A stretch of 64,000 nt of DNA from Clostridiales bacterium (GTDB lineage: Bacteria > Bacillota > Clostridia > Christensenellales > Aristaeellaceae), in NCBI GenBank assembly GCA_012837525.1, contig DUQZ01000021.1, positions 1,128-65,127 of the forward strand, in the 5' to 3' direction. The number at the start of each line of letters is the position of its first letter. Position 1 is the stretch's first letter. This document shows positions 54,796 to 64,000 of this stretch, in pieces. Below the pieces are notes generated by a model. That model saw nothing but the letters and a program-made list of their open reading frames with translations. It had not been told where the DNA came from and did not search any database. The position numbers were made by a program, and so were the translations under genes.

Positions 54796-57700
54796 ATCCA
54801 CTTTTTTAAATCCTGTGTATGAGCAACTGCCCGAACTGGAAGGCAAGCTGCATCTGGTTGGCGTTGATTATTATGCCAACAAAAAGCGTGCCATCGCGCA
54901 TTTCACAGCGGATGTGCTGGTTGGCGAAAAACAGTTCGCGGTTATCCGGAAGCACTTAAAACGCGCATTTCCGCAACTGAATATGGCTTTGCGTGTCGCG
55001 TCCCCGCAGCTTGCGGAGGATTTTTTACAGCATCCGGAGAACTATACGCAAACCATTGAACCCATCCTGCTCAAACACTACCCTGCCATGACCACGCATA
55101 TGACAGACATCCGCTGGCTGGCGGATGAAGCGGGCATTGTGCTGGAATTGCCCAGCCCGTTTGCCTATGAATACATGAACAAGCAGGAAGTCAAACAGAA
55201 ATTGAGTCGGGCGATTCATGACTTGTTTTTGATTGAGCCGCCCATCCACATGCGCCTGGCAAATGACTATGAAACCAGGGTGCAGCAGCAATTGGAAGAG
55301 CGCAGGCGCGAGCAGGCCCTGCTGGAAGAGGTGCCGGCAGTCATTCAGGAGCTGACGTTTAAGCCCAAAGAAAAAAAGAAAAGCAAGCGGATTGTAGGCA
55401 GTGCCATCGCGGCGCAGGCAATACCGATTAAAGAATTGACCGAAACCTCGGGCCGCGTGGTGATTGAAGGCAAGATCATCAACGTGGAGCGGCGCAACAT
55501 CCAGCGCAGCGAAGCTGTTTTGTTGATCTTTGTTGTCAGCGACAACACGGAAAGTATCGTATGCAAGGTGTTTTTGGGCGGCAGGGCCAATGGTTACAAC
55601 CAGGATATTGTAACTGACCCGGAGGAAGAAAAGCGCAAGGTGGAGGAAACGGTCAGCCGGATTGTGCCCGGTGCCGGTGTACGCGTGCGCGGCATGTGCC
55701 AGATTGATACCTACGACAACGTGTTGACCATCATGGCGCGGGATATCAACGCGCATGACTTGCCTGTGCGCAAGGATGAGGCGAAGGGCAAACGCATTGA
55801 GCTGCACGCGCACACTTTTATGAGCTATATGGATGGCCTGGTTGGCGCGGCGGATTTAATCAAGCAGGCGGCAGCATTTGGTCATCAGGCCATCGCGATT
55901 ACAGACAAGGCGGTCGTGCAGTCCTTCCCGGAGGCCTTTTCCGCCGCTAAAAAGCATAAAATCAAGCTGATTCCCGGGATGGAAGGCACCATGATTGATG
56001 ATGTGGGCATCATCAACGGCGCGACAGACACCAGCATAGACGGGCCTATCATTGTACTGGACTTTGAAACAACGGGGCTGAATCCGTTCGCGGACCGCAT
56101 CATTGAAATCGGTGCTGTAAAACTGGAAAACGGCCAGGTCGTGGACACCTTCTCCATGCTGGTTGATCCGGAAATGCCGCTGAGCGCCAAGGTTATCCAG
56201 ATTACCAAAATCCAGGATTATATGCTAAAAGGCCAGCCCAAGGCAGCAGAGGCTTTGCCGCAGTTGATGGCCTTTATTGGCGACTGCCCGCTTGCCGCGC
56301 ACAACGCCAGCTTTGACATGGCTTTCCTGTCTGCGGAATTAAAGCGCCTGCACCTTGATTTTGATTTGCCGCAGATTGATACCCTGGCATTTGCCCAGAA
56401 GCTGTATCCGGATTTAAAGCGCTACAACCTGGCCAGTTTGTGCAAAAATTTGGGTGTTGTGCTAAAAAACGCGCACCGCGCGGTTCACGACGCGACGGCC
56501 ACTGCCCAATGCCTGGCCATCATGCTGGAAGAAGCCAAACAAAAGGGTGCCGCCAGCCTGCGGGACATCAACGAATTGATTACTGGCTACAACCGCAACA
56601 GCCAGCATCATATCACCATTTTAGTCTGCTCCCAGCAGGGGATGACCAACATCAACCGCCTGGTCTCCCTGTCCCATATGAAGCATTTTTTCAGGGTACC
56701 GCTCATCCCCAAAGACAAGCTCATCAAGTACCGCGAAGGGCTGCTCTTTGGCAGCTCCTGCATTGAAGGCGAACTGTATCAGGCGGTACTGAACAACAAA
56801 AGCATGACGGAGCTGGCTCAGATCGCGGAGTTTTACGACTTTATTGAAATCCAGCCCGAAAGCAACTATGAACCGCTGGTGCGCCTGGGCAAGATTACCA
56901 ACCGGGACACCCTGCGCGCCATGAATGAAAAGATGATCGCGCTGGGGGACATGACGGGCAAGCCAGTCGTCGCGACCGGGGATGTCCACTTTATGAACCC
57001 GGAGGACGCCATCTACCGCACCATCATCAAAAACAGCCTGCCCCTGGAAAAGGAAGGCTGTGAGGATCAGCCGCCCTTATATTTTAGAACAACGGACGAG
57101 ATGCTCGCAGAATTTGCCTGGCTGGGGGAGGACAAGGCGCGGGAAATTGTCATTGAAAACCCCGCCAAGATTGCCGCCATGATTGGGGATATTTCGATTT
57201 ACCCGCCGCATCCTGAAAACAAAACCACCTTCTCGCCCGTATGGGAAGAAGCGCCGGATGAAATCCGCCAGTTTTGTGAGCAACGGGCGCGGGACTGGTA
57301 TGGTGATCCGCTGCCGCAATTGGTGCGGGCCAGGCTGGACAAGGAATTAAATGCCATTATTGGCTATGGCTACTCCACCTTGTACAGCATTGCGCAAAAG
57401 CTGGTTAAACAATCCCAGGACGATGGGTATATGGTGGGCAGCCGCGGATCGGTTGGTTCCTCATTTGTCGCCACCATGTGCGGCATTACAGAGGTAAACC
57501 CCCTGCCGCCGCACTACCGTTGCGAAGCCTGCCATATCGCGGATTTTGATGTAGATGGCCTGGGCAAAACTGGTTTTGACCTGCCGGATAAGAATTGTCC
57601 AGGCTGCGGGCAAGCGATGGTAAAAGACGGCTTTGACATCCCCTTTGAAGTCTTTTTGGGGTTCAAGGGGGATAAGGTGCCGGATATTGACCTCAACTTC

Positions 57701-59113
57701 TGCAGTGAGTACCAAGCCAAAGCGCATGCCTATGTGGAGGAACTGTTCGGGCAGGGCTACGTCTTCCGCGCGGGCACGATTGGTACGCTGCAGGAGAAGA
57801 CTGCCTTTGGTTATGTGCTCAAGTACGCGGAAGAGCGGGAGCTGTTGTTATCACACGCTGAGAAGACCCGACTGGCATATGGCTGTATCGGGGTCAAACG
57901 AACCACTGGGCAGCACCCTGGCGGCATGGTTGTCCTGCCCAAGGAGTATGAGATCAACCAGTTTACCGCCATCCAGCGACCCGCGAACGACCAGGAAAAG
58001 GACACCATCACCACGCATTATGACTTCAGCTCAATGCATGACGTGCTGGTCAAGGTGGACGTGCTGGGCCATGATGATCCGACGATGATCAAGCGGATGG
58101 AAGAATTATCGGGCATCCATCACACGGAAATCCCGCTGGATGACAAAAACGTGCTGTCGCTTTTCCGCACGCCAGAAGCCCTGGGCCTTACAGCGGAAGC
58201 GTTGGGCTGGAGCACAGGCACCCTGGGCATTCCCGAGTTTGGCACGCCTTTTGTACGCGGGATTCTTGAGGACACGCAGCCAGATTCCATGGCGGACCTT
58301 ATCCGCATCTCCGGACTGTCCCACGGGACGGAAGTCTGGGCTGGCAACGCCAGGGACCTGGTCTTGGAGAATATCGCCACACTGTCTGAGTGCATCTGCA
58401 CACGCGATGACATCATGATTGAGTTGATGGAAAAAGGCCTGGACAGCAAGATGGCGTTTGACATCATGGAAAATGTCCGCAAGGGCAGGGGCTTGACTCC
58501 CGAGATGGAAACGGCCATGCGCAGCCATGATGTGCCGGACTGGTACATCAAAAGCTGTAAAAAGATCGCCTACATGTTCCCCAAAGGCCATGCTGTTGCC
58601 TATGTGACCATGGCGCTGCGGGTGGGCTGGTTTAAAATTTATCATCCGCTGGTGTATTATGCGGCCTATTTCTCTATCCGCGGGAAAGGGTTCAACGCGC
58701 TGAGCATGATTAAGCCGGTTGAGTATATCAGGCGTGATTTGCAATTGTTGTACGATACGCCGCAGCGCGAGCGCTCTGATAAAAACGAGAATGAGATTAC
58801 CGTGCTGGAGCTGATCCATGAGATGGGCTTGCGCGGCTATCACTTGCTGCCTGTTGATTTGTACAAGAGCGATGCTACCCAGTTTCTGATTGAAGACGGT
58901 GCGCTCCGCTGCCCCTTTACCTCGCTGTCCGGCTTTGGTGAGGCGGCGGCCCAGGGCATCTTGCAAACCAGGGCAGACGGGTATATTTCCATTGAAGATT
59001 TGAAAAACAAGGCTAAACTAAGCACATCAAACATTGAGCTGCTCCGCGAGTGCGGCGCGCTCAGCGGGCTGAACGACACCAACCAGGTGGACTTTTTCTC
59101 ATTGCTTGGATAG
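54746..59113 (+). CDS. polC: PolC-type DNA polymerase III alpha subunit
   Basis: About 1440-1455 aa. Internal DEDD exonuclease (VLDFETTGL, HNASFDM, HRAVHDA), PHP domain, Zn-finger-like CEACH...CPGC, polymerase core. The start is uncertain: TTG 54746, ATG 54770 or ATG 54788. Confidence 0.97.
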   Translation: MKNTYAKTMKMSKHMPESTFLNPVYEQLPELEGKLHLVGVDYYANKKRAIAHFTADVLVGEKQFAVIRKHLKRAFPQLNMALRVASPQLAEDFLQHPENYTQTIEPILLKHYPAMTTHMTDIRWLADEAGIVLELPSPFAYEYMNKQEVKQKLSRAIHDLFLIEPPIHMRLANDYETRVQQQLEERRREQALLEEVPAVIQELTFKPKEKKKSKRIVGSAIAAQAIPIKELTETSGRVVIEGKIINVERRNIQRSEAVLLIFVVSDNTESIVCKVFLGGRANGYNQDIVTDPEEEKRKVEETVSRIVPGAGVRVRGMCQIDTYDNVLTIMARDINAHDLPVRKDEAKGKRIELHAHTFMSYMDGLVGAADLIKQAAAFGHQAIAITDKAVVQSFPEAFSAAKKHKIKLIPGMEGTMIDDVGIINGATDTSIDGPIIVLDFETTGLNPFADRIIEIGAVKLENGQVVDTFSMLVDPEMPLSAKVIQITKIQDYMLKGQPKAAEALPQLMAFIGDCPLAAHNASFDMAFLSAELKRLHLDFDLPQIDTLAFAQKLYPDLKRYNLASLCKNLGVVLKNAHRAVHDATATAQCLAIMLEEAKQKGAASLRDINELITGYNRNSQHHITILVCSQQGMTNINRLVSLSHMKHFFRVPLIPKDKLIKYREGLLFGSSCIEGELYQAVLNNKSMTELAQIAEFYDFIEIQPESNYEPLVRLGKITNRDTLRAMNEKMIALGDMTGKPVVATGDVHFMNPEDAIYRTIIKNSLPLEKEGCEDQPPLYFRTTDEMLAEFAWLGEDKAREIVIENPAKIAAMIGDISIYPPHPENKTTFSPVWEEAPDEIRQFCEQRARDWYGDPLPQLVRARLDKELNAIIGYGYSTLYSIAQKLVKQSQDDGYMVGSRGSVGSSFVATMCGITEVNPLPPHYRCEACHIADFDVDGLGKTGFDLPDKNCPGCGQAMVKDGFDIPFEVFLGFKGDKVPDIDLNFCSEYQAKAHAYVEELFGQGYVFRAGTIGTLQEKTAFGYVLKYAEERELLLSHAEKTRLAYGCIGVKRTTGQHPGGMVVLPKEYEINQFTAIQRPANDQEKDTITTHYDFSSMHDVLVKVDVLGHDDPTMIKRMEELSGIHHTEIPLDDKNVLSLFRTPEALGLTAEALGWSTGTLGIPEFGTPFVRGILEDTQPDSMADLIRISGLSHGTEVWAGNARDLVLENIATLSECICTRDDIMIELMEKGLDSKMAFDIMENVRKGRGLTPEMETAMRSHDVPDWYIKSCKKIAYMFPKGHAVAYVTMALRVGWFKIYHPLVYYAAYFSIRGKGFNALSMIKPVEYIRRDLQLLYDTPQRERSDKNENEITVLELIHEMGLRGYHLLPVDLYKSDATQFLIEDGALRCPFTSLSGFGEAAAQGILQTRADGYISIEDLKNKAKLSTSNIELLRECGALSGLNDTNQVDFFSLLG

Positions 59114-59122
59114 GAGGACAGG

Positions 59123-59773
59123 ATGATACAGGCAGTCATTTTTGATTTGGACGGTGTTTTGGTCACAACGGACGACAGCCACTATGAAGCCTGGAAACAG
59201 ATGGCGGATGAGGAAGGCATCTATTTTGACAGGGACATCAACCAGCGCCTGCGCGGCGTAAGCCGGATGGAAAGCCTGGAAATTATCCTGGAACGCGCGG
59301 AGAAAGCCTACACAGAAGAAGAAAAAACCGCGCTGGCCACACGGAAAAACAACTATTATGTTGCGTTGATCAAAAAATTAACCCCCTCCGCGCTCCTGCC
59401 AGGCGCGCTTGACACCGTAAACGCGCTAAAAAAGCAGGGGATTAAGGTCGCAATCGGTTCCTCTAGCAAGAATGCGCCAACCATCCTCAAGCAAGTAGGC
59501 ATCGCGGATTTGTTTGACGCGGTGGCGGACGGCAACCAAATCAAACGCAGCAAGCCCGCGCCGGATGTATTCCTTTTAGCGGCGGAACTGATGGATATGC
59601 CGCCAGCGGTTTGTCTGGTGGTAGAGGACGCGGACGCAGGTGTTGAGTCCGGCCTGAACGCCGGGATGACGGTGCTGGCTGTTGGCGCGGCGGCAGGCAA
59701 TCAAAAAGCGCATCTGCGGGCAGATACGCTATCTGACATTGACCTGGCGGCATATATCCGCAGTCAAAAATAA
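59123..59773 (+). CDS. pgmB: beta-phosphoglucomutase (HAD superfamily)
   Basis: 216 aa. FDLDGVLV, LRGVSRMESLEIIL, GSSSKNA, RSKPAPDVFL, EDADAGV. Confidence 0.8.
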   Translation: MIQAVIFDLDGVLVTTDDSHYEAWKQMADEEGIYFDRDINQRLRGVSRMESLEIILERAEKAYTEEEKTALATRKNNYYVALIKKLTPSALLPGALDTVNALKKQGIKVAIGSSSKNAPTILKQVGIADLFDAVADGNQIKRSKPAPDVFLLAAELMDMPPAVCLVVEDADAGVESGLNAGMTVLAVGAAAGNQKAHLRADTLSDIDLAAYIRSQK

Positions 59774-59797
59774 ATTCAGTTTGCTAAATCACTCAGC

Positions 59798-60400
59798 TCA
59801 CGACGCGTTGCGTTTTGGGCTGAATTTGTTTTCTGTGCCGCTGATAAGGCGGGAGATATTGCTGCGGTGCTGGAATAAGCCCATCACCAACAGGATGACT
59901 GCCCACCAGCCATAGGGGAAAGCACCCCTGGTTATAAACAGGGTGATGGTGCTGACCACAAGAAAGGTTAAACTGCCAAGGGATACAAACCGGGTCCACC
60001 AGATAACAAGGATGGCGGCGGCGCCCGCCAGCAGGCCCTCAAGCGGACACAGCAGGATGACCACGGCCACAGAGCAGACGATGCCTTTGCCGCCTTTGAA
60101 ATTGTAATACACCGGCCAATTATGCCCGATAACACAAAACACACTGGCTGCCATTGCGCCAGGTGTTTTGGCGAAGAGCCAGCCAATAAACACCGCGATA
60201 CCAGCTTTGGCAAAATCCCCAAGGAAGGTGAGCATGCCATAGGACAAGCCCAAGACCCGGGTCACATTGGTGGCGCCTGAACTCTTGCTGCCCTCGTTGC
60301 GCACATTACGCCCCTTGAGGGTGGAAATAATGATGCCGGAGGATATGCTGCCAATCAAATAGGAGACCAGGGCAACCAAATAGAACACGGCGTTCGTCAT
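59798..60400 (-). CDS. plsY: glycerol-3-phosphate acyltransferase PlsY
   Basis: 200 aa. GSISSGIIIS, GSKSSGATNV, HNWPVYYNFKGGKG. Confidence 0.92.
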   Translation of the reverse strand: MTNAVFYLVALVSYLIGSISSGIIISTLKGRNVRNEGSKSSGATNVTRVLGLSYGMLTFLGDFAKAGIAVFIGWLFAKTPGAMAASVFCVIGHNWPVYYNFKGGKGIVCSVAVVILLCPLEGLLAGAAAILVIWWTRFVSLGSLTFLVVSTITLFITRGAFPYGWWAVILLVMGLFQHRSNISRLISGTENKFSPKRNAS

Positions 60401-61734
60401 ACACTGTCCTCCCGGCCGCGCTCACGCAGGAAAATGCGAAGCGGTGTGCCAGTAAATTGAAATGAATTGCGAATCTGGTTGTGCAAATACCGTTCGTAGG
60501 AAAAATGCATCAGGGTAGGGTCGTTCACAAAAAGGATAAAGGTGGGGGGGAAGGTGCCCTGCTGTGTCGCGTAAAAGATCTTCAAGCGCCTGCCGCCTTC
60601 CATCGGCGGCTGCAATGCCATCTGCGCTTCACCAATCAGCTCATTTAATATACCCGTTGGGATGCGCTTGCCAGCTTCCGCATACACCAGCGTGACCATA
60701 TCCCACACCTGCTGAACCCGCTGTCCGGTGAGCGCTGAAATAAACAACACCGGCGCGTAGCTGATGAACTTCAGCCGATCCAGCACCTCCATCTGGTAGG
60801 TCTCCAGCGTGCCAGTCTCTTTTTTAAGCGCGTCCCACTTGTTGACAGCGATGATGGCGGCCTTGCCTTCATCACGAATCAATCCCGCGATGCGCATGTC
60901 CTGCTCGGTCACGCCATCGTTGGCGTCAATCATCAGAATCGCCACATCACAGCGGCGGATGGCCGCAATGCTGCGCAGCACGCTGTAGCGCTCCAGGCTC
61001 TGGTCCTCGATGCTGCGCTTGCGCCGGATACCAGCTGTATCAATAATATTATACACGCTGCCGTCATCCGGATGCACAAAGCGCGTATCAATGGCATCCC
61101 GGGTTGTGCCGGGGATGTCTGATACCATAACACGCTCCTCACCCAGCAGCTTGTTGGTCAGGCTGCTTTTGCCCACATTGGGCCGCCCGACAATGGCCAG
61201 GTTGATGATTCCGCCTTCGGGTAGATTGCTTTCCTTTTCCTCCGGCAGCAGTTTTACAATTTCGTCCAGCAGGTCACCCAGGCCCAGCATGTTGGTGCTG
61301 GAAATGCCAATGGGCTCGCCCAAGCCAAGCGAATAGCCCTCATACACCGCGTCGTTCAAGCCTTCATAATCCAGCTTGTTCATCACCAACAGCACTGGTT
61401 TGTTGGAACGGCGCAGGATGTCCGCGATATCCTGGTCCTGATGGGTGATGCCCTGGCGCGCGTCTGTAAAGAAGCAAACTACATCCGCGGTTTCAATGGC
61501 TACCTGGGCCTGATAACGCATCTGGGAAAGGAGGACATCATCCGACTCGGTATCAATGCCGCCGGTGTCAATTAAAGTGAATTCGCGTCCATTCCACAGG
61601 GTATCAGCATAGATGCGGTCGCGGGTGACACCAGGAATGTCCTCCACAATTGCGATGCGCTGGCCCGCGATGACGTTAAAAAATGTGGATTTGCCGACAT
61701 TGGGCCGGCCGATAATCGCTACAAGGGGTTTCAT
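60397..61734 (-). CDS. der: ribosome biogenesis GTPase Der (EngA)
   Basis: 445 aa. Tandem GTPase domains with GRPNVGKST and GRPNVGKSS P-loops. KH-like C-terminus. Confidence 0.95.
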   Translation of the reverse strand: MKPLVAIIGRPNVGKSTFFNVIAGQRIAIVEDIPGVTRDRIYADTLWNGREFTLIDTGGIDTESDDVLLSQMRYQAQVAIETADVVCFFTDARQGITHQDQDIADILRRSNKPVLLVMNKLDYEGLNDAVYEGYSLGLGEPIGISSTNMLGLGDLLDEIVKLLPEEKESNLPEGGIINLAIVGRPNVGKSSLTNKLLGEERVMVSDIPGTTRDAIDTRFVHPDDGSVYNIIDTAGIRRKRSIEDQSLERYSVLRSIAAIRRCDVAILMIDANDGVTEQDMRIAGLIRDEGKAAIIAVNKWDALKKETGTLETYQMEVLDRLKFISYAPVLFISALTGQRVQQVWDMVTLVYAEAGKRIPTGILNELIGEAQMALQPPMEGGRRLKIFYATQQGTFPPTFILFVNDPTLMHFSYERYLHNQIRNSFQFTGTPLRIFLRERGREDSV

Positions 61735-61822
61735 GGTTTCTCCTTATTTGTCACAAAATGCCTTACTGACACTTGATTGTTGCGTGTTTTACCGCGAAAA
61801 CAAAAGCTTCGCAAGCGTTTTG

Positions 61823-61851
61823 ATTATGATGTATGCATGAAAAACTGTCAA
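61823..61851 (-). promoter_or_regulatory. candidate sigma-A promoter for der-plsY
   Basis: Minus strand reads TTGACA-17 nt-CATAAT. Confidence 0.45.
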
Positions 61852-61858
61852 GTTTGCG

Positions 61859-61887
61859 TTGACGCGCCAGTCTTTATATGGTATATT
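61859..61887 (+). promoter_or_regulatory. candidate sigma-A promoter for tRNA-Ser
   Basis: TTGACG-17 nt-TATATT. The -10 element ends 17 nt before the mature tRNA 5' end. Confidence 0.5.
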
Positions 61888-61904
61888 GCGAATCGGCCCT
61901 TTGT

Positions 61905-61995
61905 GGAGAGTTGGCTGAGTGGTCGAAGGCGCACGACTGGAAATCGTGTATACGTTGATAGCGTATCTAGGGTTCAAATCCCTAACTCTCCGCCA
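61905..61995 (+). tRNA. tRNA-Ser (anticodon GGA), CCA encoded
   Basis: Hand fold gives acceptor GGAGAGT/ACTCTCC, anticodon stem CACGA/TCGTG with loop CTGGAAA, long variable arm ATACG-TTGATAG-CGTAT, and T arm TAGGG-TTCAAAT-CCCTA, followed by G-CCA. Confidence 0.93.
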
Positions 61996-62000
61996 GAAAG

Positions 62001-62040
62001 AATGGATGTGCAAGGTTTGCCAGCGCATCCATTTTTTCTT
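62001..62040 (+). terminator. rho-independent terminator after tRNA-Ser
   Basis: 11-bp stem AATGGATGTGC/GCGCATCCATT (one G-U pair) with an 11-nt loop, followed by TTTTCTT. Confidence 0.65.
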
Positions 62041-62093
62041 TTGTACACAATGTAAATTCCCGTTTGGAATCCTGATATAACTGCCAGTTTTCT

Positions 62094-62122
62094 TTGAAAA
62101 ATGATGGGAAATACAGTATAAT
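62094..62122 (+). promoter_or_regulatory. candidate sigma-A promoter for ackA-rnhA
   Basis: TTGAAA-17 nt-TATAAT, about 30 nt upstream of ATG 62151. Confidence 0.45.
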
Positions 62123-62150
62123 AAGCCCAGAAAACATGGAGGGAAGCAGC

Positions 62151-63359
62151 ATGAAGATTTTAGTAGTCAATGCGGGATCATCCTCACTCAAGTACCAATT
62201 GTTTGATATGGACAATGAGCAGATGCTGGCCAAAGGCCTGGTTGAGCGGATCGGTATTCCCGGCAGCAGGTTGAAGCAGACCGTGGGGGAAAAGAAGCAC
62301 AGGGTTGAAATGCCCATGCCAGACCACGTTGAAGCAAGCAAGCAAATGCTCAGCGCGTTGACAGACCCTGAAAACGGCGCGCTGAAATCCATTGATGAAA
62401 TCGATGCCATTGGTCACCGTGTGCTGCACGGCGGCGCTGATTTTACCAAATCCACAAAGATTGACGAAGAATGCATGAAGGCCATTGAAGCCAATGTGCC
62501 CTTTGGCCCCTTACATAACCCCGCCAACCTGATGGGCATCCGCGCCTGTCAGATGGTCATGCCCACAGTGCCCATGGTGGCTGCCTTTGATACCTCCTTC
62601 CATCAGACCATGCCGCCCAAGGCGTTCCTGTATGGTGTGCCCTACAAGTATTATAAAGAGCACAAGATCCGCCGCTATGGCTTTCATGGCACCAGCCACC
62701 GCTACATCAGCAAGCGCGCGGCAGAGTTTTTGGGCAAAGACATTGAGGAATTGAATATCGTCACCTGCCATTTGGGCAACGGCTCCTCCATGAGCGCTGT
62801 ACAGCGCGGCAAATGTGTGGACACAAGCATGGGCTTGACACCGCTTGAGGGGGTGCTGATGGGCACCCGTAGCGGCAATGTGGACCCGGCCGTGCTGCAG
62901 TTCATCATGAACCACGATGGTTTGACCGCGGATGAGATGCTGCAAATGCTCAACAAGCAATCCGGTTTGCTGGGCATCAGCGGGATTTCTTCTGATATGC
63001 GCGATGTGGAAGACGCGGCAGCCAAGGGGAACGAGCAAGCGCAGGTGGCGATTGATATACTCATTCACGGAATCAAAAAATATGTGGGTGCCTACGCTGC
63101 CATTATGGGCGGCGCGGATGTGATCGTTTTCACCGGCGGCATTGGCGAAAACTCACCAGAATTGCGTGAAAAAGTGCTTGATGGGCTTGCTTTTATGGGG
63201 GCTTCTATTGACCCGAATAAAAACTGCGTCCGAGGCAGTGAGTGTGATCTTTCCGCAGAAGACAGCAAAGTGAAGGTGCTGGTCATTCCCACCAATGAAG
63301 AACTTGTGATTGCGCGGGATACGCTGGCCATCATGAACGGGAAACAACCAAACATTTAA
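62151..63359 (+). CDS. ackA: acetate kinase
   Basis: RBS GGAGGG then MKILVVNAGSSSLKYQLFDM. HRVLHGG, FHGTSHRY, TCHLGNGSS, EELVIARDT. The track ORF starts at a TTG at 62094. Confidence 0.96.
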   Translation: MKILVVNAGSSSLKYQLFDMDNEQMLAKGLVERIGIPGSRLKQTVGEKKHRVEMPMPDHVEASKQMLSALTDPENGALKSIDEIDAIGHRVLHGGADFTKSTKIDEECMKAIEANVPFGPLHNPANLMGIRACQMVMPTVPMVAAFDTSFHQTMPPKAFLYGVPYKYYKEHKIRRYGFHGTSHRYISKRAAEFLGKDIEELNIVTCHLGNGSSMSAVQRGKCVDTSMGLTPLEGVLMGTRSGNVDPAVLQFIMNHDGLTADEMLQMLNKQSGLLGISGISSDMRDVEDAAAKGNEQAQVAIDILIHGIKKYVGAYAAIMGGADVIVFTGGIGENSPELREKVLDGLAFMGASIDPNKNCVRGSECDLSAEDSKVKVLVIPTNEELVIARDTLAIMNGKQPNI

Positions 63360-63895
63360 TGGGGAACCAGTTGAAAGAAATAGCGCTTTACACCGACGGA
63401 GCCTGTTCCGGCAATCCAGGACCTGGGGGATGGGCAGCCATCCTGAAATTTGGCAACCATGTCAAGGAAATCAGCGGCTCTATGCCGCAGACAACCAACA
63501 ACCGGATGGAACTGTTTGCAGTGATCAGCGGGCTTGGTGCCTTGAAGCAAAGCTGCAACGTCACCGTCTTTTCCGATTCCAGCTATGTAGTTGACGCCTT
63601 CAACAAAAAATGGGTGGACAACTGGCAGCGGAATGGGTGGAAGACAGCCGACAAGAAGCCGGTCGAAAACCAGGATCTGTGGCGCCTTTTGCTGCTGACC
63701 ATGCGCAAGCATCAGGTCCAGTACGAGAAGGTACCGGGGCACGCGGACCACGAGGAAAACAACCGCTGCGATTTTTTGGCGAAGGAAGCCATCAAAGAGT
63801 ACCAACAAACAATGAACCCTGTCATACAAGTTGAGCCGAAACAGCAGCCAATCGTGAAGACAGATCCGCTCCCGGACATCAAAGCGGGGGAATAA
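63359..63895 (+). CDS. rnhA: ribonuclease HI with short C-terminal extension
   Basis: 178 aa. YTDGACSGNPGPGGWAAIL, TNNRMEL, DSSYVV, VPGHADHEENNRCDFLA. The ATG overlaps the ackA stop (TAATG). Confidence 0.9.
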   Translation: MGNQLKEIALYTDGACSGNPGPGGWAAILKFGNHVKEISGSMPQTTNNRMELFAVISGLGALKQSCNVTVFSDSSYVVDAFNKKWVDNWQRNGWKTADKKPVENQDLWRLLLLTMRKHQVQYEKVPGHADHEENNRCDFLAKEAIKEYQQTMNPVIQVEPKQQPIVKTDPLPDIKAGE

Positions 63896-64000
63896 AGAAG
63901 ATGTCAGCGCCCAAACTCGCTGAACAGAGTTTCCCTGGTAGTCATTAATTCTATTATTCTATTTAGTAGAATTACCCCATCTATTCGCGAAAGCCTTCTT

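Noticed and set aside
59123-59773. Beta-phosphoglucomutase without a neighbouring disaccharide phosphorylase or sugar transporter.
   Set aside because: Partner genes may lie elsewhere. Isolation alone is weak evidence for anything unusual.
63896-64000. AT-rich tail after rnhA with an inverted repeat, TAATTCTA (63946-63953) / TAGAATTA (63967-63974), and a direct TTCTATT repeat. This could be an island boundary or an att-like site.
   Set aside because: It is only about 100 nt before the window ends and there is no adjacent integrase or other context. It may simply be a terminator or operator.
1-64000. I scanned for CRISPR arrays, IS elements or transposases, integrases, toxin-antitoxin pairs and known defence genes.
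   Set aside because: I noticed no regularly spaced direct repeats, and no ORF with DDE, serine or tyrosine recombinase motifs or defence-system signatures. Every ORF over about 100 aa not assigned to a feature is an antisense or overlapping-frame artefact.

Overview
This window is a chromosomal, mostly housekeeping segment of a Bacillota genome that looks Clostridia-like. The evidence is a PolC-type replicase, an Rnf complex, the frr-uppS-cdsA-dxr-rseP-ispG-polC gene order, and moderately high GC by eye. About 60 protein genes and one tRNA-Ser(GGA) can be called. They include queA (partial), ruvBAC, recG, nifS-nifU-hflX, scpAB, dnaB-rplI, a type IIA topoisomerase B/A pair, rpsO-pnp, ftsK, rnf genes, der-plsY and ackA-rnhA. 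I saw no transposases, integrases, prophage genes, CRISPR arrays or recognisable defence genes.

The most unusual locus is the rnf operon at about 40.9-47.9 kb. The usual rnfG slot between rnfD and rnfE is empty. A 634-aa RnfG-like gene instead leads the operon. It carries five tandem FMN-binding (flavinylation-type) modules behind a single membrane anchor. It is translationally coupled to an upstream FAD-synthetase-only RibF fragment.

Other points worth a second look:
- HflX has a ~185-aa N-terminal extension with an exact JAMM/MPN metalloprotease motif, and it is coupled to nifSU.
- Three tandem VanY/M15B peptidase paralogues sit in a row.
- An MBOAT-DHHW-SGNH-DUF4358 acylation module lies next to a multidomain L,D-transpeptidase.
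- The topoisomerase pair has ParC-like signatures and an oddly placed GyrA-box-like motif.

Many long antisense ORFs in the track are GC-driven artefacts and were rejected. All domain calls rest on motifs I read in the translations. No database searches were run.
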